Part shown: positions 6,845 through 16,022 of the stretch, one piece after another
Layout: every line of letters begins with the position of its first letter
Position numbering within the stretch: position 1 is the first letter of the stretch
Source of the DNA: a virus
Lineage: Duplodnaviria > Caudoviricetes
DNA: 30,484 nucleotides
Direction: 5' to 3' (one strand)
IMG/VR virus record: IMGVR_UViG_3300036773_000144
Span: 1 to 30,484 of that record
Position numbers and translations under genes: made by a program
The notes under the pieces: generated by a model
What the model was told of the DNA's origin: nothing
Databases searched by the model: none
The model's input: only the letters and a program-made list of their open reading frames with translations

Positions 6845-9800
6845 CGTCGCGAACTTCACCCGCAACGTGGGCGGGTCCGCCGTCGGCGCGGTGAAGACGC
6901 TGCGCGGCGAGCTCGACAACGCGTCCAAGGCCGGCAAGCTCGACAAGGTCACGCAGGCCGCGACCGGGCTGGGCCTGGGCCTGCTCGGCGTCGCGGCGAC
7001 CGCGGTGAAGATGGCCGCGGACTTCGACAAGGCCATGTCGGGGGTGAAGGCCGCCACCCACGCCGGCGCGGCCGAGATTGCGCAGCTGCGCGCGGCGGCG
7101 ATCGAGGCGGGTAAGTCGTCGCAGTACTCGGCGACGGAGGCGGCCGGCGCGGTCACCGAGCTGGCGAAGGCGGGCGTGTCCACGGCCGACATCCTCGGCG
7201 GTGGCCTGAAGGGTGCGCTGTCGTTGGCGGCCGCCGGCCAGCTGGACGTCGGCGAGGCCGCCGAGACCGCGGCGAGCGCGCTGACCCAGTTCAAGCTGTC
7301 CGGCGACCAGGTGCCTCACGTCGCGGACCTGCTGGCTGCGGCGGCCGGTAAGGCGCAGGGTTCCGTGCACGACATGGGCTACGCCCTGAACCAGTCCGGC
7401 CTGGTCGCCGCACAGTTCGGGCTTTCCATCGAGGACACCACGGGCGCGCTGGCCGAGTTCGCCGCGAACGGCCTGCTCGGCTCGGACGCGGGCACCAGCT
7501 TCAAGACGATGCTGCTGGCCATCGCGAACCCGACGAAGGTCACCGCCAACCAAATGGCGGAGCTGGGCATCTCGTTCTACGACGCGCAGGGCAAGTTCGT
7601 CGGCATCTCCGGGGTGGCGCAGGAGTTGCGGGACAAGCTGAAGGGCCTGACGGACCAGCAGCGGCAGCAGGCCCTGGGTCAGATCTTCGGCAACGACGCC
7701 ATCCGGGCCGCGAGCATCCTGTACAAGGACGGCGCGAGCGGTGTCCAGCAGTGGGCGAAGGCGGTCAACGACTCCGGCTACGCGCAGAAGACCGCCGCGG
7801 CACTGACGGACAACCTGGCCGGTGACCTCGAGCGCCTGAAGGGCTCGCTGGAGACCATGGCCATCGAGTCCGGGTCGGGCGCGAACAGCGGCCTGCGGGT
7901 GCTCACCAAGACGATGGGCGTCATGGTCGACGAGGTGGGCAAACTCCCGCCGGCCGTCGGTAGCACGCTGGTCGTCTTGACGGGGCTCGGCGGGGCGCTG
8001 CTGCTGGGTGTGGTCGGCTGGGCCAAGTACCGGGCGGCGATCGCCGCGGCGCAGGAACAGATGATCGCCACCGGTCCGGCCGGCGCGAAGGCCGCCGCCG
8101 GGCTGCGCGCGGTGCAGGGCGCGATGGGTCCGCTGCTGCTCGGGTTCGCCGCCCTGGAGGCGTTCAAGGCGGTGTTCGACTACTTCGGTCCGGCCGCCGC
8201 CGACGTCGACAAGCTCACCAACTCGCTGCAGACCTTCGCCGACACCGGCAAGGTCACCGGCGAGATGGCCGCCGACTTCGGCACCGACATGAAGGACTTC
8301 CGCGGCGAGGCCGGCCTGGCCGCGCAGGCGACCGGCGGTTTCACGAAGTCCGTCAACGACCTGCTGAACACGGTCGGCTCCGGCGCGGTGGCGGACTGGC
8401 TGGCCGGTCTGACCGGCACCAGCACCTTCAACACGGCGACCGCGGACATGAAGTCGTACGACGCCGCGCTGACGTCGGTGATGACCACGTCGGGCGATGC
8501 CCGCAAGGCGTCCGAGTTGTGGAATCACACGCTCGAGCAGAGCGGCCTGGACACCGACCAGCTGGCGAAGATCCTGCCGAGCGCCTACAAGAAGGTCGGC
8601 GAGCTGAACAACGCCGCCGACAAGGCGACCATCGGCACCAAGGGCCTGAACTCGGCGTTGCAGGACGGCGCGACCAGCCACGAGCAGTACAAGAACGCCG
8701 CGGATGCCGCGGCGGGTGCGGTGCGCGGCGAGCGGGATGCCCTGTTCGACCTGGCGAAGGCCCAGCGCGGTGAAGTCGATCCGGTGTTCGCGCTGATCAC
8801 CGCGCAGGACAACCTGACCGTGGCCCAGAAGAACGCCACCCGGGCGATCAAGGATCACGGGAAGAACTCGACCGAGGCGAAGAAGGCGACCCGCGACCTG
8901 GCCGGCGCCGCCATCGACCTGCAGAGCAAGGTCGGTGGTCTGTCCGACACGTTCAACGGCAAGATGACGCCGGAGCTGCGGGCCACCTTGAAGGCGGCCA
9001 AGCTGACCGACGCGCAGATCGACGAGCTGTCCGGCCAGTTCGTCGACGCGAAGAAGGCTGGCGACGGCTTCGCGAAGGACTACAAGGCCACGGTGAGCGC
9101 GACCGGTGTGCCCGGTGTCAAGAAGCAGCTGACGATGTTGGCGCTCATGCAGGACGCCCTGAAGAAGGGCCTCCCCGCGTCCGCGATCGCGGCGGCCAAC
9201 AAGAACACGAAGCAGGGCTTCTCGGCCGGCGGCTGGACCGGCCCGGGCGACACGTACGACGAGGCCGGCATCGTGCACGGCGATGAGTTCGTGACGAAGA
9301 AGAAGTCCCGTCGCAAGCTCGAAGCGAAGTACCCAGGCATGCTGGACTACCAGAACGAGTACGGCGAACTCCCGCCCGGCTACGCCCATGGCGGCCGGGT
9401 CAAGTGGCCGTTCCCGGTGACCGCGTCGATGACGAAGATTCCGTCGAGGGCGGACGCGATCGCTGCGATGGGCGCCTTCTCCGGCCCCGCCCCGCATGGC
9501 GCGCTCGCCGCGTGGATCCGCGCGGCCGAAGGCTTGACCGGCACCCCGTCGTCTTGGACCGGGCCGCTGAACGTGCTGATCCACCGGGAGTCGGGCGGCA
9601 ACCCGCGGGCGATCAACCTGACCGACTCGAACGCGAAGGCCGGGCATCCGTCCAAGGGCCTGATGCAGACGATCCCATCGACGTTCGAGCACTATCGGCT
9701 GCACTCGTTGCCAGACGACATCTACAACCCGGTCGCGAACATTGTGGCGGGCATCCGTTACATCAAGTCCCGGTACGGCTCGATCTTCAACGTGCAGCAG

Positions 9801-10127
9801 GCCAACCCGAACAAGCCCCCGAAGGGCTACTCGGCCGGCGGTCACGTCGCGATGGCCGGCGGCGGCGTCATCAACGAGCCGGTGTTCGGGTACGGGGCAT
9901 CGGGCCGCTCCTACTCCTTCGGTGAGGGTGGCCGGCCGGAGACCGTGATGCCGGGCGTGTGGACCACCGGCCGGGCCGCCGGCGGCGGGACTGCCGTGAT
10001 CAACCGGACGGTCACGCTCGCGCCGGTCTTCAACATCAACGGCTCGAACCTGACGGCCGATCAGATCTCCACCCGGGTGAACCGCCAGCTCGGCGCGCTC
10101 ATGGACCAGTACACGCGGGGGAAGTGA
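6810..10127 (+). CDS. Tape measure protein (TP901-type N-terminal domain) with C-terminal lytic transglycosylase (SLT) domain, about 1105 aa
   Basis: GTG at 6810 (MSRTVSIKLMADV). AADFDKAMSGVKA/ELAKAG/AGTSFKTML motifs. Ala-rich helical body. IHRESGGNPRAIN...SKGLMQTIPSTF SLT motif. Confidence 0.95.
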   Translation: MSRTVSIKLMADVANFTRNVGGSAVGAVKTLRGELDNASKAGKLDKVTQAATGLGLGLLGVAATAVKMAADFDKAMSGVKAATHAGAAEIAQLRAAAIEAGKSSQYSATEAAGAVTELAKAGVSTADILGGGLKGALSLAAAGQLDVGEAAETAASALTQFKLSGDQVPHVADLLAAAAGKAQGSVHDMGYALNQSGLVAAQFGLSIEDTTGALAEFAANGLLGSDAGTSFKTMLLAIANPTKVTANQMAELGISFYDAQGKFVGISGVAQELRDKLKGLTDQQRQQALGQIFGNDAIRAASILYKDGASGVQQWAKAVNDSGYAQKTAAALTDNLAGDLERLKGSLETMAIESGSGANSGLRVLTKTMGVMVDEVGKLPPAVGSTLVVLTGLGGALLLGVVGWAKYRAAIAAAQEQMIATGPAGAKAAAGLRAVQGAMGPLLLGFAALEAFKAVFDYFGPAAADVDKLTNSLQTFADTGKVTGEMAADFGTDMKDFRGEAGLAAQATGGFTKSVNDLLNTVGSGAVADWLAGLTGTSTFNTATADMKSYDAALTSVMTTSGDARKASELWNHTLEQSGLDTDQLAKILPSAYKKVGELNNAADKATIGTKGLNSALQDGATSHEQYKNAADAAAGAVRGERDALFDLAKAQRGEVDPVFALITAQDNLTVAQKNATRAIKDHGKNSTEAKKATRDLAGAAIDLQSKVGGLSDTFNGKMTPELRATLKAAKLTDAQIDELSGQFVDAKKAGDGFAKDYKATVSATGVPGVKKQLTMLALMQDALKKGLPASAIAAANKNTKQGFSAGGWTGPGDTYDEAGIVHGDEFVTKKKSRRKLEAKYPGMLDYQNEYGELPPGYAHGGRVKWPFPVTASMTKIPSRADAIAAMGAFSGPAPHGALAAWIRAAEGLTGTPSSWTGPLNVLIHRESGGNPRAINLTDSNAKAGHPSKGLMQTIPSTFEHYRLHSLPDDIYNPVANIVAGIRYIKSRYGSIFNVQQANPNKPPKGYSAGGHVAMAGGGVINEPVFGYGASGRSYSFGEGGRPETVMPGVWTTGRAAGGGTAVINRTVTLAPVFNINGSNLTADQISTRVNRQLGALMDQYTRGK

Positions 10128-10128
10128 C

Positions 10129-11547
10129 GTGGCCGAGAAGCATTACCTCGCGTTCGTCGACAGCATCGCCGCCAGCCCCACCATCCGGCTCGACATGTCC
10201 GGCGGTACCCGCGGCCCGTTCAACCTGCGCGACGGCACCCGCTTCGACGCGCCGCCGCTGAAGCGGAGCATCCCGTCGTCGATGCTGGCCGACGGCGGCA
10301 CCCCGACCAGCGCCGCCTACGACAACCGGACCTGCGTGCTGCAGCTGCAGCCGATGGTCAACGGCAAGTTCATGGCGGCCGACGCGGCGGCCGCGCAGCT
10401 GCAGCTGCTGTTCCGGGAGTTGGACCGGCCGACGAACATCCTGCGGTATCAGGCGGGCACGTCGGCGCCGGTGTTCTTCCGCACCTACCGCTCCGGCCCG
10501 GACGCGGTCGACTTCGACCCGACCGGCCGGCAGATCTCGGTCAGCCTGCTGGCTGAGCCGTTCGCGTACGGGCTGAAGGAAACCCAGTCCGGCACGGCCG
10601 TCGGCAACAACCCGGCGTCGGGCATGGTCCTGGACGTCACCAGCCCGAAGGGTGACGTCGACACCCCGCTGTACCTGTCGCTGACCGGCACCATGGGCGT
10701 CACCGGCCGCCTGCAGTCCGGCCTGGCGATCCGCCGGCGCGGCACGGTCGCGGACGTGCCGTTCGTGTTGCAGGCCGAGGCGATGACCCAGGGCACCGAC
10801 ACCACGACCCAGGCCAACTCGGCCAGCTTCTCCGGCTCCAGCAACAACTGGTCGCGGTGCACGTTCGCGACCGTGTCCAGCTCGGCCACCCGCGTCTCCA
10901 TGGCCGCCTGGCCGGCGTCGCCGGATGTGGACGCCCGCGGCACCTACCGGGTGTTCCTGCGTAACCGGCACACGGTCGCCGGGGACGCGGTCACGGTGCA
11001 GCTGCTGTGGGGCAACTCGTCCGTGCCGATCCTCAACGACGTCGTCACCCTGCCCGGGAACACGGCCATCCAGTACACCGACCTGGGGTTGGTGCAGATC
11101 CCGGCCGGCTACGACCCGGTGTACGACGGCCTGTCGGGTGTGGAGATCCCCGCCGTCGGCGGCTACTTCGCGGTGTCGGCGCGGCGGGTCGGTACGGGGA
11201 ACTTCGACATGGACTGTCTGCTGTTCATGCCGGCCGATGACCGGATGGAGTTCGTGAAGTGGCCGGCGTCGGTGGGCGGCACCGACATCTGCGTGTTGGA
11301 GGGCGGTCCGCGTCCGGCCGCGTACATCACCACGTCGGGTGGGAATCTGCAGTCGCCGCAGCCGATCGAGATCGTCGGCGGTGGTCTGATGCTCACCCCG
11401 GGCCGCACGAACCGCCTGTTCTTCGCCCGGGACCTCGGCACGGGTGTGGCGGCGGCGGGTACGGACGACAGCCTGTCCGCGTCGACCACGATCACCCCGT
11501 CCTACTACCCGCGGTATGTGGGCGGCTTCCGTCCGGTGCTCACGTGA
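10129..11547 (+). CDS. Distal tail (Dit)-like minor tail protein, probably with an inserted carbohydrate-binding module (472 aa)
   Basis: Directly follows the TMP gene. AEPFAYG, GDVDTP, LTPGRTNRL and YYPRY are Dit-like motifs. Confidence 0.75.
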   Translation: MAEKHYLAFVDSIAASPTIRLDMSGGTRGPFNLRDGTRFDAPPLKRSIPSSMLADGGTPTSAAYDNRTCVLQLQPMVNGKFMAADAAAAQLQLLFRELDRPTNILRYQAGTSAPVFFRTYRSGPDAVDFDPTGRQISVSLLAEPFAYGLKETQSGTAVGNNPASGMVLDVTSPKGDVDTPLYLSLTGTMGVTGRLQSGLAIRRRGTVADVPFVLQAEAMTQGTDTTTQANSASFSGSSNNWSRCTFATVSSSATRVSMAAWPASPDVDARGTYRVFLRNRHTVAGDAVTVQLLWGNSSVPILNDVVTLPGNTAIQYTDLGLVQIPAGYDPVYDGLSGVEIPAVGGYFAVSARRVGTGNFDMDCLLFMPADDRMEFVKWPASVGGTDICVLEGGPRPAAYITTSGGNLQSPQPIEIVGGGLMLTPGRTNRLFFARDLGTGVAAAGTDDSLSASTTITPSYYPRYVGGFRPVLT

Positions 11548-11562
11548 GGCAGGGGAGCTGAC

Positions 11563-12087
11563 ATGCGCTACTTCTACGACTGTGAGTTCCTCGAGGACGG
11601 CAAGACGATCGAGATGATCTCGATCGGCATGGTCGACGACCGCGGCCGCGAGCTCTACGCGGTGAACCGCAACGCCCCGTGGGCCCGGATCGCCACGCAC
11701 CCGTGGCTCATGGCCAACGTCGTGCCGTCGCTCCCGCAAGAGGCCGTCACCGGCGCTGACTACAACGCCGCCGGCGTCGACCTGGCCCACCCCGATGTCA
11801 TGGACCGGGCCGACCTCGCCGACGCGGTGGCCGAGTTCCTGCGCACCGACGGCGACGAGCTCGAGCTGTGGGCTTGGTACGGCGCGTACGACCACGTGGC
11901 CGTCATGCAACTGTGGGGCCCGATGATCGACAAGCCCGACGGCATCCCCATGTTCACCAACGACCTGCAGCAGGAGTGGCGGCGGCTCGGCAGTCCCGCG
12001 CTGCCGGAGCAGGCCGCGGGACTCCACAACGCTCTGGCAGATGCGCGCCACCTCAAGGCTTGCTTCGATGCACTGGGCCTCACGTGA
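11563..12087 (+). CDS. 3'-5' exoribonuclease, Rv2179c/RNase AS family (DEDDh, 174 aa)
   Basis: MRYFYDCEFLEDGKTIEMISIG...ELWAWYGAYDHV..QLWGPM...HNALADAR closely follows M. tuberculosis Rv2179c. Catalytic D/E/D/H/D all present. Confidence 0.92.
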   Translation: MRYFYDCEFLEDGKTIEMISIGMVDDRGRELYAVNRNAPWARIATHPWLMANVVPSLPQEAVTGADYNAAGVDLAHPDVMDRADLADAVAEFLRTDGDELELWAWYGAYDHVAVMQLWGPMIDKPDGIPMFTNDLQQEWRRLGSPALPEQAAGLHNALADARHLKACFDALGLT

Positions 12088-13760
12088 GCGTGCCGGAGGC
12101 CCTGTCGATCCGGCTGCGCACGGGCACCGCGGCGAGCCCGATCCGGGACGTCAACATCACGTCCGAGGTTGACGACCTGGTCTTCGGCGCCACCAGCCCC
12201 GGCGGCTACTCCGACTGCACCCTGTCGCTGCACCGGCCGCTCAGCTTCACCCCCGCCGAGGTCGCCCAGTTCGGCCGGCTCTACGTCTACGACGCCCGCA
12301 CCGCCAAGGTGGTGTGGGAGGGCCGGCTGCAGGACCCGGGCCGGGCCGCCGGCGACGAGGGCGAGGTGTACCAGCTGGTCGCGAAAGGCGGCGTCGCCCA
12401 TCTGCAGGACGACACCCGGCAGCTGTACTACGTCGACTGCGACACCAGCCGCTGGGAGAAGATCGACACCGGCACCGCCGCCGCGTCGGTCGAAACCCTC
12501 GCCGACACGGGCGCGTCCCTGTCGATCGAGACGCCGGCGCTGATCCTGCGGATCCCGCAGGGCACCGCCGTCAACCCGACCGACCCGTCCCGGGTGGTCG
12601 CCACGCACGTCGGCTTCTACCAGGCCGGGCAGAAGATCGCCGGGGTGCAGTTCGACTGGGACTGCGGCCTGACCGCGGCCACCCTGACCGCGTCGCTGTA
12701 CGCCGCCACCCAAGGCGTCGGCGCGGCGGACATCGCGTGGACGGCATTGTTCTCCACCGGCGGCGGCTCCGAGTACAAGGTGGTCGACACCGGTGCCGGC
12801 TCGTCCGCGTGGACGAACGGCCGGAACAAGCCGATGCTGCGCTTCCACTACACCGGCGCGGTCGGGAACGTGTCGGCGGACACGTGGTGGCTGCAGATCA
12901 CGAACCTGATGGTCCGCACCATGCTGATCAACAAGTCGGGTGTGGAGATCACCACCGGCTACGGCGTGCCCAGCGTGCTCGCCTCCGAGGTGGTCGAGGA
13001 CCTGCTGGGCCGGATCCTCGGCGAGACGATCGACGGCGCCAACGCCACCGTGACGACCACCGGCTACGCGATCGAGCAGCTGGCCTACCCGGACGGGGTC
13101 ACCCCGCAGAAGGTCCTCGACGACCTGATCGGGTTCGAGCAGGCGTACACGTACCACCTTTGGGAGTCGAACCCGGCGAACGACCTGTTCCGCTTCGAAT
13201 GGGTGCCGTGGCCGACCGCCGTGCGGTACGAGGCGGACATCGTGGACGGCTTCGACGCGCCCGCGTCGGGCAACACCGTCTTCGACCAGGTGCAGGTGCG
13301 CTGGCACAACCGGGGCATCATCCACGTCAGCCTGCGCACCCAGTCGGTGCCGATGCTGACCGCGGCCGGGTTCTCCCGGACCGCATACATCGACCTCGGT
13401 GATGAGGCGTCGACGCAGGCGAACGCGCACCGCGCCGGTGACCAGTTCCTCACCGAGCACCAGTATCCGGTGAACGCGGGCCGGCTGGTCGTGAAGCGGC
13501 CGATCCTCGACATCGAGACCGGCCGGATGGTCATGCCGTGGGAGATCCGCCCGGGTGAGCTGATCCGGATGCGCGGGGTCGCCCCGTACCCGGACGCGTT
13601 GAACGCGACGGTCCGCAACGGTCTGACCGTGTTCAAGGTCGCCGCGACCACCTACTCGTCGGCCGACGCCGCCGCGACCCTCGACCTCGACGTGTACGCC
13701 CCGTCGGTGGCCCGGGCCCTGGCCACGCTCGTCCGCAAGCCCCCCGCCCGCCGCCGATAG
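12084..13760 (+). CDS. Tail tip/baseplate hub (Tal-like) minor tail protein (558 aa)
   Basis: GTGA overlap at 12084. SPGGYSDCTLSL, VVWEGRL and PWEIRPG motifs. Position after Dit. Confidence 0.78.
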   Translation: MSVPEALSIRLRTGTAASPIRDVNITSEVDDLVFGATSPGGYSDCTLSLHRPLSFTPAEVAQFGRLYVYDARTAKVVWEGRLQDPGRAAGDEGEVYQLVAKGGVAHLQDDTRQLYYVDCDTSRWEKIDTGTAAASVETLADTGASLSIETPALILRIPQGTAVNPTDPSRVVATHVGFYQAGQKIAGVQFDWDCGLTAATLTASLYAATQGVGAADIAWTALFSTGGGSEYKVVDTGAGSSAWTNGRNKPMLRFHYTGAVGNVSADTWWLQITNLMVRTMLINKSGVEITTGYGVPSVLASEVVEDLLGRILGETIDGANATVTTTGYAIEQLAYPDGVTPQKVLDDLIGFEQAYTYHLWESNPANDLFRFEWVPWPTAVRYEADIVDGFDAPASGNTVFDQVQVRWHNRGIIHVSLRTQSVPMLTAAGFSRTAYIDLGDEASTQANAHRAGDQFLTEHQYPVNAGRLVVKRPILDIETGRMVMPWEIRPGELIRMRGVAPYPDALNATVRNGLTVFKVAATTYSSADAAATLDLDVYAPSVARALATLVRKPPARRR

Positions 13761-13769
13761 GAGACCGCC

Positions 13770-14195
13770 GTGCCGTTCACCTTCCCGGACAAGATCTTCG
13801 TCCGGGTCACCCGGGACGTCGACACCCCACCCGAGCTGACCGCGTACGACGGCATCCTGATCGGCATGACCTCCGCCGAGGTCGCCGCACTACCCACCAC
13901 ACCCGACTCCATCGTCGTCGGCACCGGCATGGAGAACCAGGTCACCGTCCCCGGCTTCAAACGCATCCAGCCCGACGGCTCCGTGCAGTGGGTGATGTCC
14001 AGCGTCGACCCGAACCTGGCCATGCTCGAAGCCCTGCCCGGCCCGGGCGGCTGGCGCGACCAGGACGCCCGGGGGACGTGGGCGAACATCGGCGTCGAGC
14101 TGCGCAACCGTGGCATCACCCCCGCCGACCTGAACCTGGCCTACCCGGCGCTGTTCGCGGCGGCGCACGCCGAGTTTCAAGCACAAGGAGGGTGA
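13770..14195 (+). CDS. Hypothetical protein (141 aa), possible minor tail protein
   Basis: RBS AGGAG, GTG start. Lies between Tal and the lysin. Confidence 0.75.
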   Translation: MPFTFPDKIFVRVTRDVDTPPELTAYDGILIGMTSAEVAALPTTPDSIVVGTGMENQVTVPGFKRIQPDGSVQWVMSSVDPNLAMLEALPGPGGWRDQDARGTWANIGVELRNRGITPADLNLAYPALFAAAHAEFQAQGG

Positions 14196-14199
14196 CCCT

Positions 14200-14967
14200 A
14201 TGACTGCCTGGCAGCTCACCGCCGGCCTGAAGAACCTCCACGGGCAGGTCGACCAGCGGTTCCCGCACCGCGATCACGCGTCCGACGGCACGATCGGCGA
14301 CCTGGCGCACCAGGCTGAGACGTCTGGCCACAACCCTGACGACACCCCGGGCAGCAAGCCGGCGTGGAACGGCGACCCGGACTCGACGCCCGAGGTCCGC
14401 GCCTGGGACATGGACTCCGACCTCGGCGAGCCTGGGGTGACCGCGCAGCAGGTCGTCGACCACGTCCGGCGGCTGCCCGGCGTCGCGAACGTCATCCGCT
14501 ACCTGATCTACAACCACCGGATGTACCACGTCCGCGACGGCTTCGCGCCGACCGTGTACTCCGGGCCGAGCCCGCACGAGGAGCACATCCACTTCGAGGG
14601 CGCCTGGTCGCAGGCCGCCGACAACAACACGACGTTCGACTACCGACTGTGGGAGATCAACATGCCGACCCTCGACGAGATCACCGGCGCCTGCGAGCAG
14701 GCGATCAGCAACGTCATCATCGGCGCGAAGAACGCCGCTGTCGACGGCAACGCGACCGGCGTCTCCGCCACCGACCGGCAGGTCCGAGACGCGGTCTGGA
14801 AGCTCGGCGAACGCAACCGCGACCAGATCACCGCCGCGATCGCCGGTGTCGACGAGGCGGTCATGGCGAAACTCACCGACCCGAAGACCCCCGACGCGCA
14901 GGTCGCGGAGGCGCTGGTCAGCCTGCTCGGCGCCCGCAAGGACTCCGTGCTCGCCCTGATGAAGTGA
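14200..14967 (+). CDS. Endolysin, M15-like Zn peptidase with helical C-terminal domain (255 aa)
   Basis: RBS AAGGAGG. SDGTIGD.AH...SGHNPD...AWD...YLIYN...PHEEHIH peptidase motifs. Upstream of the membrane genes. Confidence 0.85.
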   Translation: MTAWQLTAGLKNLHGQVDQRFPHRDHASDGTIGDLAHQAETSGHNPDDTPGSKPAWNGDPDSTPEVRAWDMDSDLGEPGVTAQQVVDHVRRLPGVANVIRYLIYNHRMYHVRDGFAPTVYSGPSPHEEHIHFEGAWSQAADNNTTFDYRLWEINMPTLDEITGACEQAISNVIIGAKNAAVDGNATGVSATDRQVRDAVWKLGERNRDQITAAIAGVDEAVMAKLTDPKTPDAQVAEALVSLLGARKDSVLALMK

Positions 14968-15010
14968 GCAGCCAGGCCCCACCCCCCGCGATCGAGAGGC
15001 TGAGGCATGT

Positions 15011-15280
15011 ATGAGCAGGCGTCGCAGGCCGCCCACCTTCACGGTCGTCAAGGACATCGTGAGCTGGATGGGCGGATGGGCTCTGATCGTCCACGAATCC
15101 CTCGTAACGCCGTCCCAGTTCAACCTGTGGCGGCTACTGATCGGCGGGGCGCTGGTCGGGGTACCCGGCTTCGGCCAGCTGCTGGCCATGCGTACGGGCG
15201 CTTCGCCGTCGCCGCCACCGGAGCCGGACTCGTCGCCGCCGTCATCGTCATCGTCCAGCACGTCAGGGGCTGACCGGTGA
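15011..15280 (+). CDS. Lysis-cassette membrane protein (2 TM, 89 aa)
   Basis: Basic N-terminus, two hydrophobic stretches, Ser/Pro tail. Overlaps the next gene. Confidence 0.75.
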   Translation: MSRRRRPPTFTVVKDIVSWMGGWALIVHESLVTPSQFNLWRLLIGGALVGVPGFGQLLAMRTGASPSPPPEPDSSPPSSSSSSTSGADR

Positions 15281-15546
15281 GCGACAAGCCCGTCGAGATC
15301 GAGGTGCGCCAGGGCGTGATGCGCCCGGGCTGGTACTGGTGGGCGGCGATGCTGGCGTCGTCGCTCGCGGTCGGAGTCGGCGCGGTGCTGATCTCCGCAC
15401 ACACCCAGCAGGAGTCCGAGCGCAAATGGTGCTCGGTGATATCGACGCTGGATGAGGCGTACCACCAGCAGCCGCCGACCACGCCACTCGGCCAGCGGAT
15501 CGCGTCGGACATGGCGGCGCTGCACAGAAGCCTGCGCTGCCCGTAA
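15277..15546 (+). CDS. Lysis-cassette membrane protein (1 TM, 89 aa)
   Basis: GTGA overlap. One TM segment, then WC...LRCP with a Cys pair. Confidence 0.75.
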   Translation: MSDKPVEIEVRQGVMRPGWYWWAAMLASSLAVGVGAVLISAHTQQESERKWCSVISTLDEAYHQQPPTTPLGQRIASDMAALHRSLRCP

Positions 15547-15565
15547 CCCGTTCAGGGAGGTCATC

Positions 15566-15934
15566 GTGAAGTTCAACCTCAGCCGGGATCCGGCTGTCTG
15601 GCTCAGCCTGTTCGCCACCGCGGTCCGTCTCGGCGCCGCGTTCCTGTTCCACATCACCGACAGCCAGCAGGCCGTCCTGAACGCCGCCGCCACCGCGATC
15701 GCCGGTCTCGTCGTCGCCCTGTGGGTGATCAAGGACGGTCAGGTCGCCGCGCTGCTCGGCGTCGCGCAGGCACTGCTGGCGCTCGCGATCGGCTTCGGCC
15801 TGAACGTGTCCGCCGAGAACCAGGCCGTGATCATGTCGGTCATCGGCACTGCGGTCGCCGCGTTCGTGCGGACCCAGGTCAGTGCGCCGGTGACGGCCGC
15901 CGGCACGAAGCAGGTCATCGCGCCGCGCGTCTGA
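15566..15934 (+). CDS. Holin-like protein (4 TM, 122 aa)
   Basis: RBS GGGAGG, GTG at 15566. RDPAVW...QQAVL...ENQAVI...FVRTQVSAP actinophage holin pattern. Confidence 0.8.
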   Translation: MKFNLSRDPAVWLSLFATAVRLGAAFLFHITDSQQAVLNAAATAIAGLVVALWVIKDGQVAALLGVAQALLALAIGFGLNVSAENQAVIMSVIGTAVAAFVRTQVSAPVTAAGTKQVIAPRV

Positions 15935-15975
15935 TCCTGTCGTACCCCCGCGCTACCCTGACCCACTTCAAAGAG

Positions 15976-16007
15976 AGCGGCCCCCCACCTCACGGTGGGG
16001 GGCCGCT
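15976..16007. terminator. Bidirectional terminator between the late operon and the convergent regulator
   Basis: Perfect 14-bp stem AGCGGCCCCCCACC / GGTGGGGGGCCGCT, with purine-rich left and pyrimidine-rich right flanks. Confidence 0.85.
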
Positions 16008-16022
16008 TCTTCGCGTCCAGGG

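Noticed and set aside
6783-9845. 1020-aa antisense ORF, and other long minus-strand ORFs (4854-6458, 10099-12051, 11760-13460, 14116-15732, 20164-21993)
   Set aside because: Shadow ORFs expected from high GC3 codon bias opposite real genes. Arg/Gly/Val-rich, with no motifs or RBS.
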